Part shown: piece by piece, positions 19,164 to 28,052 of the stretch | Layout: each line of letters begins with the position of its first letter | Position numbering within the stretch: the stretch's first letter is position 1 | Source: Ruminiclostridium sp. | GTDB lineage: Bacteria > Bacillota > Clostridia > Oscillospirales > Ruminococcaceae | Length of the DNA: 64,000 nucleotides | Reading direction: 5' to 3' | Assembly (NCBI GenBank): GCA_017472865.1 | Contig: JAFUNV010000027.1 | Location: forward strand, 2,520-66,519 | Position numbers and translations under genes: made by a program | The notes under the pieces: generated by a model | The model's database searches: none | The model's input: the letters and a program-made list of their open reading frames with translations, nothing else | What the model was told of the DNA's origin: nothing

Positions 19164-21758
19164 TTAATCCAGCATCCTTTTCAGTTCTTCAAGCTGTGCA
19201 AAAGCCTCTCTTGGTGTCATATTGTCAAGGTCGAGGTTCTTGATTGTCTGGATTGCGTTCTTACGGGCAATTGCGCCGAAATCGAACTGTTCCTCTTCCT
19301 CATCCTCACGAAGCTGTGCTTCCAGTTCAATCTTTGAGCCGCGCTCCATACCTCTGAGAGTCTTCTTGGAAGCTTCAATAACCTTTGCAGGAAGTCCCGC
19401 AAGCTTCGCTACCTCAATACCGTAGCTGTTATCGGTACCGCCCTCCACGATTTTGTGCAGGAACTTAATGTCATCACCCTTCTTGCTTACGGCAACACTG
19501 TAATTCCTTATACCCTTATTTTCCTTTTCAAGGGCTATAAGCTCATGGTAGTGGGTTGCAAAAAGGGTCTTGCAGCCGATTTTGCTGTTTATATATTCCG
19601 CAACGGATTTTGCTATTGAAATACCGTCAAAGGTGGAGGTACCCCTTCCTATTTCGTCAAGTATTACAAGGCTGCGGTTTGTGGCGTTATGGAGAATTTC
19701 AGCCACCTCGTTCATTTCCACCATAAATGTTGACTGCCCCGCCGTAAGGTCATCGCTTGCGCCTACACGGGTGAAAATCTTGTCAACTATGCCTATTCTT
19801 GCGCTCTTAGCGGGAACAAAACAGCCTATCTGCGCCATAAGGGTTATGATAGCCACCTGTCGCATGAAGGTGGACTTACCCGCCATATTGGGGCCTGTTA
19901 TAATAAGTATGCGGTTGTCCCTGAGGTCAAGCTTTGTATCGTTGGGAGTGAAAAGAATATCATTTCTTATCTTCTCGATTACAGGGTGTCTGCCGTCGTG
20001 AATTTCAATTACGCTTTCAAGGGAGATATCAGGCTTTACGAAGTCATTCTCCTGTGAAACTGCCGCAAAGCTCTGAAGCACATCGGTATACGCAACCGCC
20101 TCGGCGGTCTGCTGAACACGTTCAAGCCGCGCAGAAATAAACTCACGCACCTCGCTGAAGATTTCCGCTTCAAGGGCTAAGATCTTATCCTTTGCGCCGA
20201 GAATTTCATTCTCGATTTTCTTCAGTTCTTCGGTTATGTAACGTTCGCCGTTGGTTATTGTCTGCTTTCTTATGTAATGCTCGGGAACGAGAGAGAGATT
20301 ACCCTTTGAGACCTCGATATAATAGCCGAAAACACGGTTATAGCGCACACGGAGGTTTTTAATTCCCGTGGCTTCCTTTTCTCTTTCTTCGATTTCTCTC
20401 AGTATATCCTCGCCGCCGTCAGTAATTGCTCTCAGGCGGTCAAGCTCGGCATTGAACCCGTCATTTATATATCCGCCGTCCTTCATAAGCGCAGGCGGGT
20501 CGGGCTTTATTGCGTTTGTCACAAGGGAAGCGATGTCCGAAAGCTCATCAATGGAACTGTTCAGCTCCGTCAGCAGCTTCGCACTTGCCCCCGAAAGCAC
20601 AGCTTTAAGCTCGGGTATTCTTCCGCAGGTACAGCCCAGCGCCATTACATCACGGGGCGTCGCCGCCTTGTAGACGATTCGGGTCATTAAACGTTCAAGG
20701 TCGTAAATTCCGCCCAGCGCCTCGCGCAAATCAGCGGTGAGAGTGTAATTATTGAACAGGTTATCCACCGCTTCAAGGCGTTCGAGAATTTGTGCGGGAT
20801 TAAGAAGGGGCTGTTCAATAAAACGGCGTAGCTTGCGCCTGCCCATGGCGGTCTTTGTCTTGTCCAGCACCCACATGAGCGAGCCCTTTCTGTCCTTGCC
20901 GCGCATGGTTTCGGTAAGCTCAAGGTTGCGGCGGGTGGTTATGGGCAGCGACATATAATCGTCGCTTAAATGGGTTATGAGATTTACACTCCGCTTGATT
21001 TCCGCTTTCTGAGTTTCGTTTATGTAGCGGAAAACAGCATAAAGAGCCTTCGCCGCCAGCGGCATTTTATTGAGATTTTCCACCGAAACAGATTCGGAAA
21101 GATACTGTTCCCTCAGTTCCTCGGAAGAAATTGCGTCAAAGCGTTCCTCATCAAAAAGCTCGCCTGTTGCGTGGTCGAGGCGGGTATGTATAAAGTCATG
21201 AATCTCAGAAAAATCCACGAACTTTTCATTAAAAAGAATTTCAGAAGGCACATATCTCGAAAGCTCGTTTACGATATCCTGAGCTACCGTAGGACCGCTT
21301 TTCTCCAAAGCATGGAACTCACCTGTGGAGATATCGGCAAAGACCATTCCGCAGGCATTTTCAGCGGCATAAAAACAGCCGATGAAATTATTTCTGGTTT
21401 CGTCCAGCATACTGTCTTCATAGAGAGTACCGGGAGTCACAAGACGCACTACGTCGCGTTCCACAAGTCCCTTTGTCGTCGCAGGATCCTGCATCTGCTC
21501 ACAGAGAGCAACCTTATAACCCTTTTCGATAAGCTTTTTCAGATATACCTCACAGGCATGGTACGGAACGCCGCACATAGGAACGCCTGCCCTTGAGGTA
21601 AGGGTAAGCTCCAGCTCCCTTGAAATATTCTCCGCTTCCTCGTAGAACATTTCGTAGAAATCTCCCAGCCTGAAAAAAACAACATAGCCCTTATACTTTT
21701 CTTTAATCTCCAGATACTGTTTAAGCATAGGGGAGACTTTTTCTTCCTTTGCGCTCAT
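19164..21758 (-). CDS. mutS: Mismatch repair protein MutS
   Basis: GDFYE, TGPNMAGKST, STFMVEM, DEIGRGT, ATHYHEL, SYGIEVA. Confidence 0.98.
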   Translation of the reverse strand: MSAKEEKVSPMLKQYLEIKEKYKGYVVFFRLGDFYEMFYEEAENISRELELTLTSRAGVPMCGVPYHACEVYLKKLIEKGYKVALCEQMQDPATTKGLVERDVVRLVTPGTLYEDSMLDETRNNFIGCFYAAENACGMVFADISTGEFHALEKSGPTVAQDIVNELSRYVPSEILFNEKFVDFSEIHDFIHTRLDHATGELFDEERFDAISSEELREQYLSESVSVENLNKMPLAAKALYAVFRYINETQKAEIKRSVNLITHLSDDYMSLPITTRRNLELTETMRGKDRKGSLMWVLDKTKTAMGRRKLRRFIEQPLLNPAQILERLEAVDNLFNNYTLTADLREALGGIYDLERLMTRIVYKAATPRDVMALGCTCGRIPELKAVLSGASAKLLTELNSSIDELSDIASLVTNAIKPDPPALMKDGGYINDGFNAELDRLRAITDGGEDILREIEEREKEATGIKNLRVRYNRVFGYYIEVSKGNLSLVPEHYIRKQTITNGERYITEELKKIENEILGAKDKILALEAEIFSEVREFISARLERVQQTAEAVAYTDVLQSFAAVSQENDFVKPDISLESVIEIHDGRHPVIEKIRNDILFTPNDTKLDLRDNRILIITGPNMAGKSTFMRQVAIITLMAQIGCFVPAKSARIGIVDKIFTRVGASDDLTAGQSTFMVEMNEVAEILHNATNRSLVILDEIGRGTSTFDGISIAKSVAEYINSKIGCKTLFATHYHELIALEKENKGIRNYSVAVSKKGDDIKFLHKIVEGGTDNSYGIEVAKLAGLPAKVIEASKKTLRGMERGSKIELEAQLREDEEEEQFDFGAIARKNAIQTIKNLDLDNMTPREAFAQLEELKRMLD

Positions 21759-21876
21759 TCTTATACCTTCCTTCTCGTTAATAAAGTCTTTTTATGCAGA
21801 AACGCACTTATTGTATTCCTGCGTAAAAAGGCTTACAGGCGCACCGTTGAAGTGCGCCCTGTCCTTTTCTTTTCAA

Positions 21877-22287
21877 TTAGTGGCAGCCGCCGCAGGTAGC
21901 GCAGCTTCCGGAACAGCCGTGGGAAATTTCACAGGTGTCGGGGTCTTCGCCGTCGCAGCACATGGAAATAATCATGTTTACTTCTTCAAGAAGGTGGTCG
22001 AGTGCGCCCTTTACTACTACGAAATTAGCCATGTTCACGTTCTTCATGACATCGCCGTAAGCTTCCTGCATTTCGCGGTTGAGCTTCTGAATCTTTTCGG
22101 TATCCTTTTCGGAATCGGGCTTCTGCATTTCGTACTGTACGTTCTGGCGCTTGAGATTGAACTCGCCGATTAACTTCTGAAGCTCTGCGTCGTTGTCGTT
22201 TGCTTCCTTTGCTTCGGCATAAGCCTTGAAGCGTTCATCTGCCTGAATTGCCTTGCCTAATTCTCTTGCTGCTTTGATTGCGTCCAT
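21877..22287 (-). CDS. YlbF/YmcA (RicA/RicF) family protein with Cys-rich C-terminus
   Basis: ARELGKAIQ helical start, C-terminal CSGSCATCGGCH; lies between miaB and mutS like Bacillus ymcA. Confidence 0.8.
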   Translation of the reverse strand: MDAIKAARELGKAIQADERFKAYAEAKEANDNDAELQKLIGEFNLKRQNVQYEMQKPDSEKDTEKIQKLNREMQEAYGDVMKNVNMANFVVVKGALDHLLEEVNMIISMCCDGEDPDTCEISHGCSGSCATCGGCH

Positions 22288-22319
22288 GATAATAATTCCT
22301 TTCTCTGAGCATAAGCTCT

Positions 22320-23726
22320 TTATTCATTTATTTCTCCGACAAGCGCCCAGTTGAGCGCCTTCGTTATTTTTACGTCAACGAACTTTCCTATATGCTGTTC
22401 ATTGCCGTTAAAATCTACTATGATATTCTGACGGGATTTGCCTGTATAAAGGCTTTCGTCAGTCCTGCCCCTGCCCTCGCAGAGAACACGCAGGGTCTTG
22501 CCCACATACTTTTTATATGCCTCGTCGCCTGCTTTACCCTGAACCTCCAGCAGCTCCCTAAACCATTTTCCCTTTTCCTCCTCGGAAACAGGGTCGTCCA
22601 TTTCCGCCGCCTTTGTGCCGCTCCGCTTGCTGTATATGAAAGTAAATGCGCTGTCGTACTTAACCCGCTCCATAAGCTTCAGCGTTTCCCTGAAATCCTC
22701 GTAAGTTTCACTGGGGAAGCCTACGATGATATCCGTTGTAAGCTGGATATCGGGAATACGCTTTCTGGCATAGTCAACCAGCGAAAGGTATTTTTCAACG
22801 TCATAATGACGGTTCATAAGCTTTAAAATGCGGTTGCTGCCGCTCTGTACAGGAAGGTGAAGATGCCATGAAATATGCTTGCTGTCTGCTATCGTATCAA
22901 TAAGCTCAGTGGTGCAGTCCTTGGGGTGAGAGGTCATGAAGCTGATTTTGAATTCGCCCTCCAGGCTGTCAAGCTCCTTTAAAAGCCCCTTGAAATCAAG
23001 ACTTCCGTCCTTGCCGTAGGAGTTTACATTCTGCCCTAAAAGCAGAATTTCACGGTAGCCCTTTTCAATAAGTCCCTTAACCTCGGAAATAATCTCCTCA
23101 GGCGCACGGGAACGCTCCCTGCCTCTTACATAAGGCACTATGCAGTAGGTGCAGAAATTATTGCAGCCGTACATAATCGGCACGCTTGCCTTGAAATCGC
23201 TGTCGCGCTTTACGGGAATACCCTCGCAGATTACACCGTCGCTTTCGGGAATCATAAACACACGCTTGTCTTCCGCAAAAATACTGTAAAGATATTCAGG
23301 GAATTTATGAAGCACGTGAGTACCGAAAACCAGATCCACAAAGGGAAAGGTTTTCTTTATTCTGTCGGCAATATGCCCCTGCTGAACCATACAGCCGCAT
23401 ACGGCGATTATAAGGTCAGGGTTGCGGTTTTTAAGGTGCTTTAAGGCGCCGAGGTTGCCGAAAACGCGGTTTTCAGCATTTTCACGCACCGCACAGGTAT
23501 TGTACAGAATAAAATCCGCCTCATCAGGGTTATCGGTAAAGCCGTAGCCCATCTCCGCCAGCATACCATTGATTTTCTCGCCGTCGGAAACATTCTGCTG
23601 ACAGCCGTAGCTGTGAGTATATGCAAGAGGTATGCGGTCGAACATGTGGGTTACCGCACGCACACGCTGCGTAAAAAACCGCTGTTCCTTAATTTCTTCT
23701 TCGCTTACCAGCTGAGTCAAAGCCAT
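22320..23726 (-). CDS. miaB: tRNA methylthiotransferase MiaB
   Basis: GCQQN, NTCAVRE, radical SAM CNNFCTYC, TDIIVGFP, TRAM domain. Confidence 0.95.
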   Translation of the reverse strand: MALTQLVSEEEIKEQRFFTQRVRAVTHMFDRIPLAYTHSYGCQQNVSDGEKINGMLAEMGYGFTDNPDEADFILYNTCAVRENAENRVFGNLGALKHLKNRNPDLIIAVCGCMVQQGHIADRIKKTFPFVDLVFGTHVLHKFPEYLYSIFAEDKRVFMIPESDGVICEGIPVKRDSDFKASVPIMYGCNNFCTYCIVPYVRGRERSRAPEEIISEVKGLIEKGYREILLLGQNVNSYGKDGSLDFKGLLKELDSLEGEFKISFMTSHPKDCTTELIDTIADSKHISWHLHLPVQSGSNRILKLMNRHYDVEKYLSLVDYARKRIPDIQLTTDIIVGFPSETYEDFRETLKLMERVKYDSAFTFIYSKRSGTKAAEMDDPVSEEEKGKWFRELLEVQGKAGDEAYKKYVGKTLRVLCEGRGRTDESLYTGKSRQNIIVDFNGNEQHIGKFVDVKITKALNWALVGEINE

Positions 23727-23756
23727 ATCACCCTACTTTCAGAAATATACTTTAAT

Positions 23757-23785
23757 ATTATATCATAAATCCGACTTTTTTTCAA
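23757..23785 (-). promoter_or_regulatory. Sigma-A promoter of the miaB block
   Basis: TTGAAA-N17-TATAAT with extended TGn. Confidence 0.7.
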
Positions 23786-23916
23786 GTGCGAAGAAGCGTT
23801 TTTTATGTTTTTTCGTCATATATACAATACCCTGCCCTTTTTTCGCCCTTACATTCAATGAAAATACTTTATTTTTGTGTAACTTATCCAAAAATATAAA
23901 AATTTATAAAAAACAC

Positions 23917-23945
23917 TTGTATATTTTATCATAATATGCTATAAT
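23917..23945 (+). promoter_or_regulatory. Sigma-A promoter of hpf
   Basis: TTGTAT-N17-TATAAT with extended TGn. Confidence 0.7.
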
Positions 23946-24034
23946 ACAGACATAGGCAGAGGATAAGCTCCGAAGCCTTAAAAGGCGGAGACCGCCCCCG
24001 GGCGCGTTCCCACAGGAAAGGAATGATCACAAAT

Positions 24035-24562
24035 ATGACAGTACAGATTACCGCTAAGAAAATGCAGATAAGCCAGAGCTTTACGGATTATGCTTCCGAA
24101 CGTTTATCAGCTAAGCTTGATAAATTCTTCGGCGACGACGCAAAGGCAAAGCTCACACTCAGTACGATTAAGAATCTGATTGTTCTTGAGCTTACCGTTA
24201 CATACGGCGGCGTTATGTTCCGTGCAGAGCAGTCCGCAGAGGACAAGAACGACGCACTCGACGCATGTATCGATAAGATTATCCGCCAGATAAGAAAGAA
24301 TAAGACTAAGCTCGCAAAACAGCTCCGTGACAACTCCTTCGCAGATAAGTTCGAGGATACCCCCGACGAGCAGACGGACTACACCGTTATCAAGCGCAAG
24401 AAATTCGAGCTGCGCCCCATGTCTGTTGACGAAGCTATCTTACAGATGAACCTTCTCGGTCACACATTCTTCATGTTCAAGAATGCCGAAACAGGCGATG
24501 TCAACGTTGTTTATAAGCGTGCAGACGAGGACTATGCCGTTCTCGAACCCAGCAAGGATTAA
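24035..24562 (+). CDS. hpf: Long ribosome hibernation promoting factor (RaiA/HPF)
   Basis: IRQIRKNKTKL, PMSVDEAILQMNLLGHTFFMF, VVYKR; ATG 24035 preferred to 24023 on SD spacing. Confidence 0.95.
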   Translation: MTVQITAKKMQISQSFTDYASERLSAKLDKFFGDDAKAKLTLSTIKNLIVLELTVTYGGVMFRAEQSAEDKNDALDACIDKIIRQIRKNKTKLAKQLRDNSFADKFEDTPDEQTDYTVIKRKKFELRPMSVDEAILQMNLLGHTFFMFKNAETGDVNVVYKRADEDYAVLEPSKD

Positions 24563-24575
24563 GTGAATAAATAAC

Positions 24576-24599
24576 GGGCGGACATTCCGGTGTCCGCCC
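24576..24599. terminator. GC-rich hairpin between convergent hpf and YwqG-like gene
   Basis: GGGCGGACA...TGTCCGCCC. Confidence 0.65.
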
Positions 24600-24610
24600 T
24601 GTGTTGTTTA

Positions 24611-25465
24611 TTAACCGCACTGAAGAATCAGCCATACATTATCAAAATTGAGGCTTTGCAGGTCGCTCTTCTTAATCCAGAAATAGATATGACCGCAGTC
24701 GCCGAACATCATTTCGTAATGCCCGTCGTCGGTTTCGATGGTTCCCATCTGGAACAGCAGAGTCCAGTCCTTTGCCTTTTCCAGAATGTCAGCCTTCTCG
24801 CTTTCGGGAATTTTAGCGTAGTCCTCGGGACTTCCGCAGCGATAACCGCGCGTTACTCTTTCACATTCATTCTCCATAGGATTCTGGATTACATCGGGAT
24901 AGCCGAGAAGCTTTGTAACATCGCCCCATTCGTCAGGCTCATAACCCATCTCCGCACTGCATTCCCAGTATTCATCATAATCTATGTCATGGGAAATGCA
25001 TGACGGGTCAGGAACGCTTATCTGCTGTTCAAACTTAACCTCATGCTCGGGAATTACAGCCTCCTCGTCCATTTCCTCAGGTGTTTCCGCAAGGGTAAGC
25101 ACGTCAGTCTCGGGGAAATAATACACCCTTGAACAGCCCTTATCAGCAGGGTCGAATCCCCAGCAGGAGGAAATATATTCATAGAAGAAGCTGAGAATGC
25201 CCGTTTTAGGGAGAAGTCCCTCGGTGTCGTATTCCGCAATGTCGCTGAGATTAATCTGCGCCAGAAAGGAAAGAGGTCTGGATTTTGTCACATCGTCATA
25301 GCCCTCGCCCGTATACTCGGGCCACACAAAATCTGCGGGGACTGCGGGTCTGCCGCCTATTCTGCTGGCAGTAACGGAAAGTGGATTTTCAGGCTTTCCA
25401 TAGGAAATTCTTATTTCATTTCTTGCAAGTTCATCAATTTTTGCTCTGATTTCAGCTTCTGTCAT
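24611..25465 (-). CDS. YwqG/DUF1963 family protein
   Basis: SRIGGRP, PLSFLAQIN, KLLGYPDVIQ, LLFQ, MFGDCG.IYFWI; ATG 25465 after GAGGTG. Confidence 0.85.
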   Translation of the reverse strand: MTEAEIRAKIDELARNEIRISYGKPENPLSVTASRIGGRPAVPADFVWPEYTGEGYDDVTKSRPLSFLAQINLSDIAEYDTEGLLPKTGILSFFYEYISSCWGFDPADKGCSRVYYFPETDVLTLAETPEEMDEEAVIPEHEVKFEQQISVPDPSCISHDIDYDEYWECSAEMGYEPDEWGDVTKLLGYPDVIQNPMENECERVTRGYRCGSPEDYAKIPESEKADILEKAKDWTLLFQMGTIETDDGHYEMMFGDCGHIYFWIKKSDLQSLNFDNVWLILQCG

Positions 25466-25500
25466 AGCGTACACCTCTCAGTATATATTTTGTTGCTTTT

Positions 25501-25529
25501 ATTATACCATCACACCCATAAATAGTCAA
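25501..25529 (-). promoter_or_regulatory. Sigma-A promoter of the YwqG-like gene
   Basis: TTGACT-N17-TATAAT with TGn. Confidence 0.7.
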
Positions 25530-25557
25530 TAATTTTACCCGAAAGGGGAGGATTTTT

Positions 25558-26154
25558 ACGGAAATCGAACATACAAAAATAATCATCGAAAACGGCGTAA
25601 TAACCTACGGCGGCAACCAGAGCCGTTTTGAAGAAGTGCGCAAAACCGCCTGCGGTATGATTGCCGCTTGCGATATGATACTCCGATTCAGAGATAAAAA
25701 CTGCACCCCCGTACCCTTTGACAAGTACAGAGATTTCGTAAATCACATGACGGAAAACCATTTCTACAAGCACAGCCGTAATCCCCTGGGCGTGCCCGTC
25801 TGCAAGATACTAAAAGCTCTCAATAAATCTCAGAACGACCGCCGCTTCCGCTTTATCAGCCGTGTTTTTCTGAACCCCGTAAAGCTCGCTGAAATAATCA
25901 CAAAATCCCTTGAAAATGACACGCCTGTTATTGTACGGATAGGCGCGAACCGCAAAAAACTGCCCTATAAAATAGCCTTTCCCGTTTCGGGAAACACAGA
26001 GCGTGAGGACAGAATGACCTGGCACTACATAACCGTTACGGGGATAGAAAACGACACCCTGATTTTCTATTCATGGGGCGGAAAAGGCACAATGAAAATT
26101 TCCGACCTCTGTCGCTTTTTCGGCTTTACGGGCGGAATTATCACCGCTGAATAA
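25558..26154 (+). CDS. Hypothetical protein with papain-like (C39-like) motif order; apparent ACG start
   Basis: YGGNQ...ACGMIAA...WHYITVTG...SWG; frame is open upstream of the track's GTG back to an ACG 6 nt after GGAGG. Confidence 0.6.
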   Translation, partial: TEIEHTKIIIENGVITYGGNQSRFEEVRKTACGMIAACDMILRFRDKNCTPVPFDKYRDFVNHMTENHFYKHSRNPLGVPVCKILKALNKSQNDRRFRFISRVFLNPVKLAEIITKSLENDTPVIVRIGANRKKLPYKIAFPVSGNTEREDRMTWHYITVTGIENDTLIFYSWGGKGTMKISDLCRFFGFTGGIITAE

Positions 26155-26203
26155 AAGACCTTTCCTGTGAAATAATAGATAAAAACAGGAAAGGAAAAAA
26201 CAC

Positions 26204-26410
26204 ATGGAAAAGGATAAAAGCATTTACGAGATTTTCAGTGCCGCCGCTTCATCAAGCGAATGCACGGGGCTTATTCCTGCAGGTGATAACCTCGACCCCG
26301 AGACCGTTTCAAACTACAAGGATATTCTCCCCTACTCTGCCCCGGGAGCTATAAAGGATTACAGCAAGGCGGAGTTTGAACGGATAAAAAAGCTGAATGA
26401 TACACCATAA
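26204..26410 (+). CDS. Small hypothetical protein (SSSECTGLIP motif)
   Basis: 68 aa, GAAAGGA SD, own terminator, upstream forespore-type promoter. Confidence 0.7.
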   Translation: MEKDKSIYEIFSAAASSSECTGLIPAGDNLDPETVSNYKDILPYSAPGAIKDYSKAEFERIKKLNDTP

Positions 26411-26414
26411 AAGC

Positions 26415-26450
26415 GCGCGGGCTTCCTTTGGATGCCCGCGGTTTATTATT
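26415..26450 (+). terminator. Intrinsic terminator
   Basis: CGCGGGC...GCCCGCG followed by a T-rich run. Confidence 0.65.
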
Positions 26451-26542
26451 TACAAAAAACTCTCCACCTGCGTGACATTTCCCCCTTTTCAGGTGTATTA
26501 TAAGTGAAAGCTTTCAAAAAACAGGTAAAGGAGGCGGCTGCT

Positions 26543-27022
26543 ATAACGGATAAGGAATTTACAAGAATTGCTCAGCTTTACAGCGGTACGGTTTTCCGAA
26601 CGGCAATGTGCTATGTAAAAAACAGCTCTGACGCCGACGATATAATGCAGGAAGCATTTCTGAAGCTGTATACATACAGCGGTGCTTTTGAAAGCGACAG
26701 CCACATAAAAGCGTGGCTTATAAGAATTACCACAAATCTCTGCAAGAATTTTCTTCGCTACCGCCGTTTAAGGATATGGGAGCCGCTGGAAAACGCCCGT
26801 GAGCTTGAAGCGCCGCAGACAGAGGAAAACAGCCTGCTGCCGCTTATCATGAAGCTGAGCGGGAATAACCGCATCGTGCTTTATATGCACTATTACGAGG
26901 GCTATTCAGTAAAGGAGATTTCAGCTCTTCTGAAGCTTACGGAAACAGCGGTGACCTCACAGCTTTACCGCGGAAGAAAGCAGCTTGAAAGGCTCATGGA
27001 AAAGGAGGATTTTTATGGATAA
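26543..27022 (+). CDS. ECF sigma-70 factor; start uncertain (ATA 26543 or GTG 26504)
   Basis: DADDIMQEAFLKL, KAWLIRITTNLCKN (region 2), YYEGYSVKEIS...VTSQLYRGRKQL (region 4). Confidence 0.9.
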   Translation: MTDKEFTRIAQLYSGTVFRTAMCYVKNSSDADDIMQEAFLKLYTYSGAFESDSHIKAWLIRITTNLCKNFLRYRRLRIWEPLENARELEAPQTEENSLLPLIMKLSGNNRIVLYMHYYEGYSVKEISALLKLTETAVTSQLYRGRKQLERLMEKEDFYG

Positions 27023-28013
27023 CAAGGAAATTTTCATAAAGGCTTTTTCTCAGCTTGACCCCCTTACCGATAATGAAACAATGCTGAAAAACGTTAAGGA
27101 AAGGGCAGGAAAAATGAACACAAGAAAAAGAATTGCATTCAAAAAGCCGCTGGCGGTTATTGCGGCGGCAGTTTTAACCGTGGCGGCGGCGACAATAAGC
27201 GTAGGCGCGGCGACAGACTGGGATTATTTCGGCGTATTCGGTCAGATTTTCGGAAAAAGAGGAGAAAATATCAAGGATAATGTCGTACCCGAGGCAACCG
27301 TTATTCAGGATACCATTGACACTATGGACTTTGAAATCGTGGCAGCGGCGGCGGACAAGCACAGCGTTATGACAATCATCGACATCTACCCCGAAAATGA
27401 TTTCAAGCTGATTGAAGAAACGGAGCACGGTACAATTATTCACCCTATATGGGATTTATTCATCACTGTTGTCTCTGAGAATATATCCGATTCAGGTACA
27501 AACGTAACTCCGCTGGAAACTTCGGAAGAAAAGGTGCGTCTCTGCGTGAGAATGAACACCGTAACGGAAATAAAGAATGAAAAGGTTACTATAAATGCTG
27601 TACTGGAAAATAAAAAAGATGAAAATGGTGAATACGCTTTCGACACAGACAGCTATTATGCATGGTCTGCCGAATTTACGGTATCCTACACAGGTGAAGA
27701 AATCCGTTATGAAGAGGAACTGACCGTATCCTGCACCATCGGTCCCGCTACAGTGACAGGTATTGAAATTTCTCCTATTTCCGCTTACCTCGAGGGAGAA
27801 AGGCTTGACAACTTCTTCGGAGAATACGGCGACTACGATAAAAATTATGTATTGCTTGACAGCGGAGAAAGGGTAATAATCTGCGGTATTACAGCGTCAG
27901 CCTATGAGTATCCCATAGGCAACACGCATTTGACCTTAACCTTTGCTGAACCCATAAACCCCGAAGAAGCAGCTTCCATTGTCATAGGCGACAACACAAT
28001 CAAACTGAAATAA
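27015..28013 (+). CDS. Probable anti-sigma factor (one TM, extracellular domain, DUF4179-like)
   Basis: Overlaps ECF gene end; short cytoplasmic N-terminus, TM AVIAAAVLTVAAATISVG, beta-rich acidic C-terminus. Confidence 0.7.
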   Translation: MDNKEIFIKAFSQLDPLTDNETMLKNVKERAGKMNTRKRIAFKKPLAVIAAAVLTVAAATISVGAATDWDYFGVFGQIFGKRGENIKDNVVPEATVIQDTIDTMDFEIVAAAADKHSVMTIIDIYPENDFKLIEETEHGTIIHPIWDLFITVVSENISDSGTNVTPLETSEEKVRLCVRMNTVTEIKNEKVTINAVLENKKDENGEYAFDTDSYYAWSAEFTVSYTGEEIRYEEELTVSCTIGPATVTGIEISPISAYLEGERLDNFFGEYGDYDKNYVLLDSGERVIICGITASAYEYPIGNTHLTLTFAEPINPEEAASIVIGDNTIKLK

Positions 28014-28016
28014 ATC

Positions 28017-28050
28017 AAACGGACGGAGGATAATTCCTTCGTCCGTTTTC
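28017..28050. terminator. Bidirectional terminator
   Basis: AAACGGACGGAGG...CCTTCGTCCGTTTT between convergent genes. Confidence 0.8.
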
Positions 28051-28052
28051 TG

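Noticed and set aside
23727-24034. Canonical raiA-motif RNA upstream of hpf
   Set aside because: The leader is only ~80 nt and the rest of the spacer is AT-rich promoter DNA.
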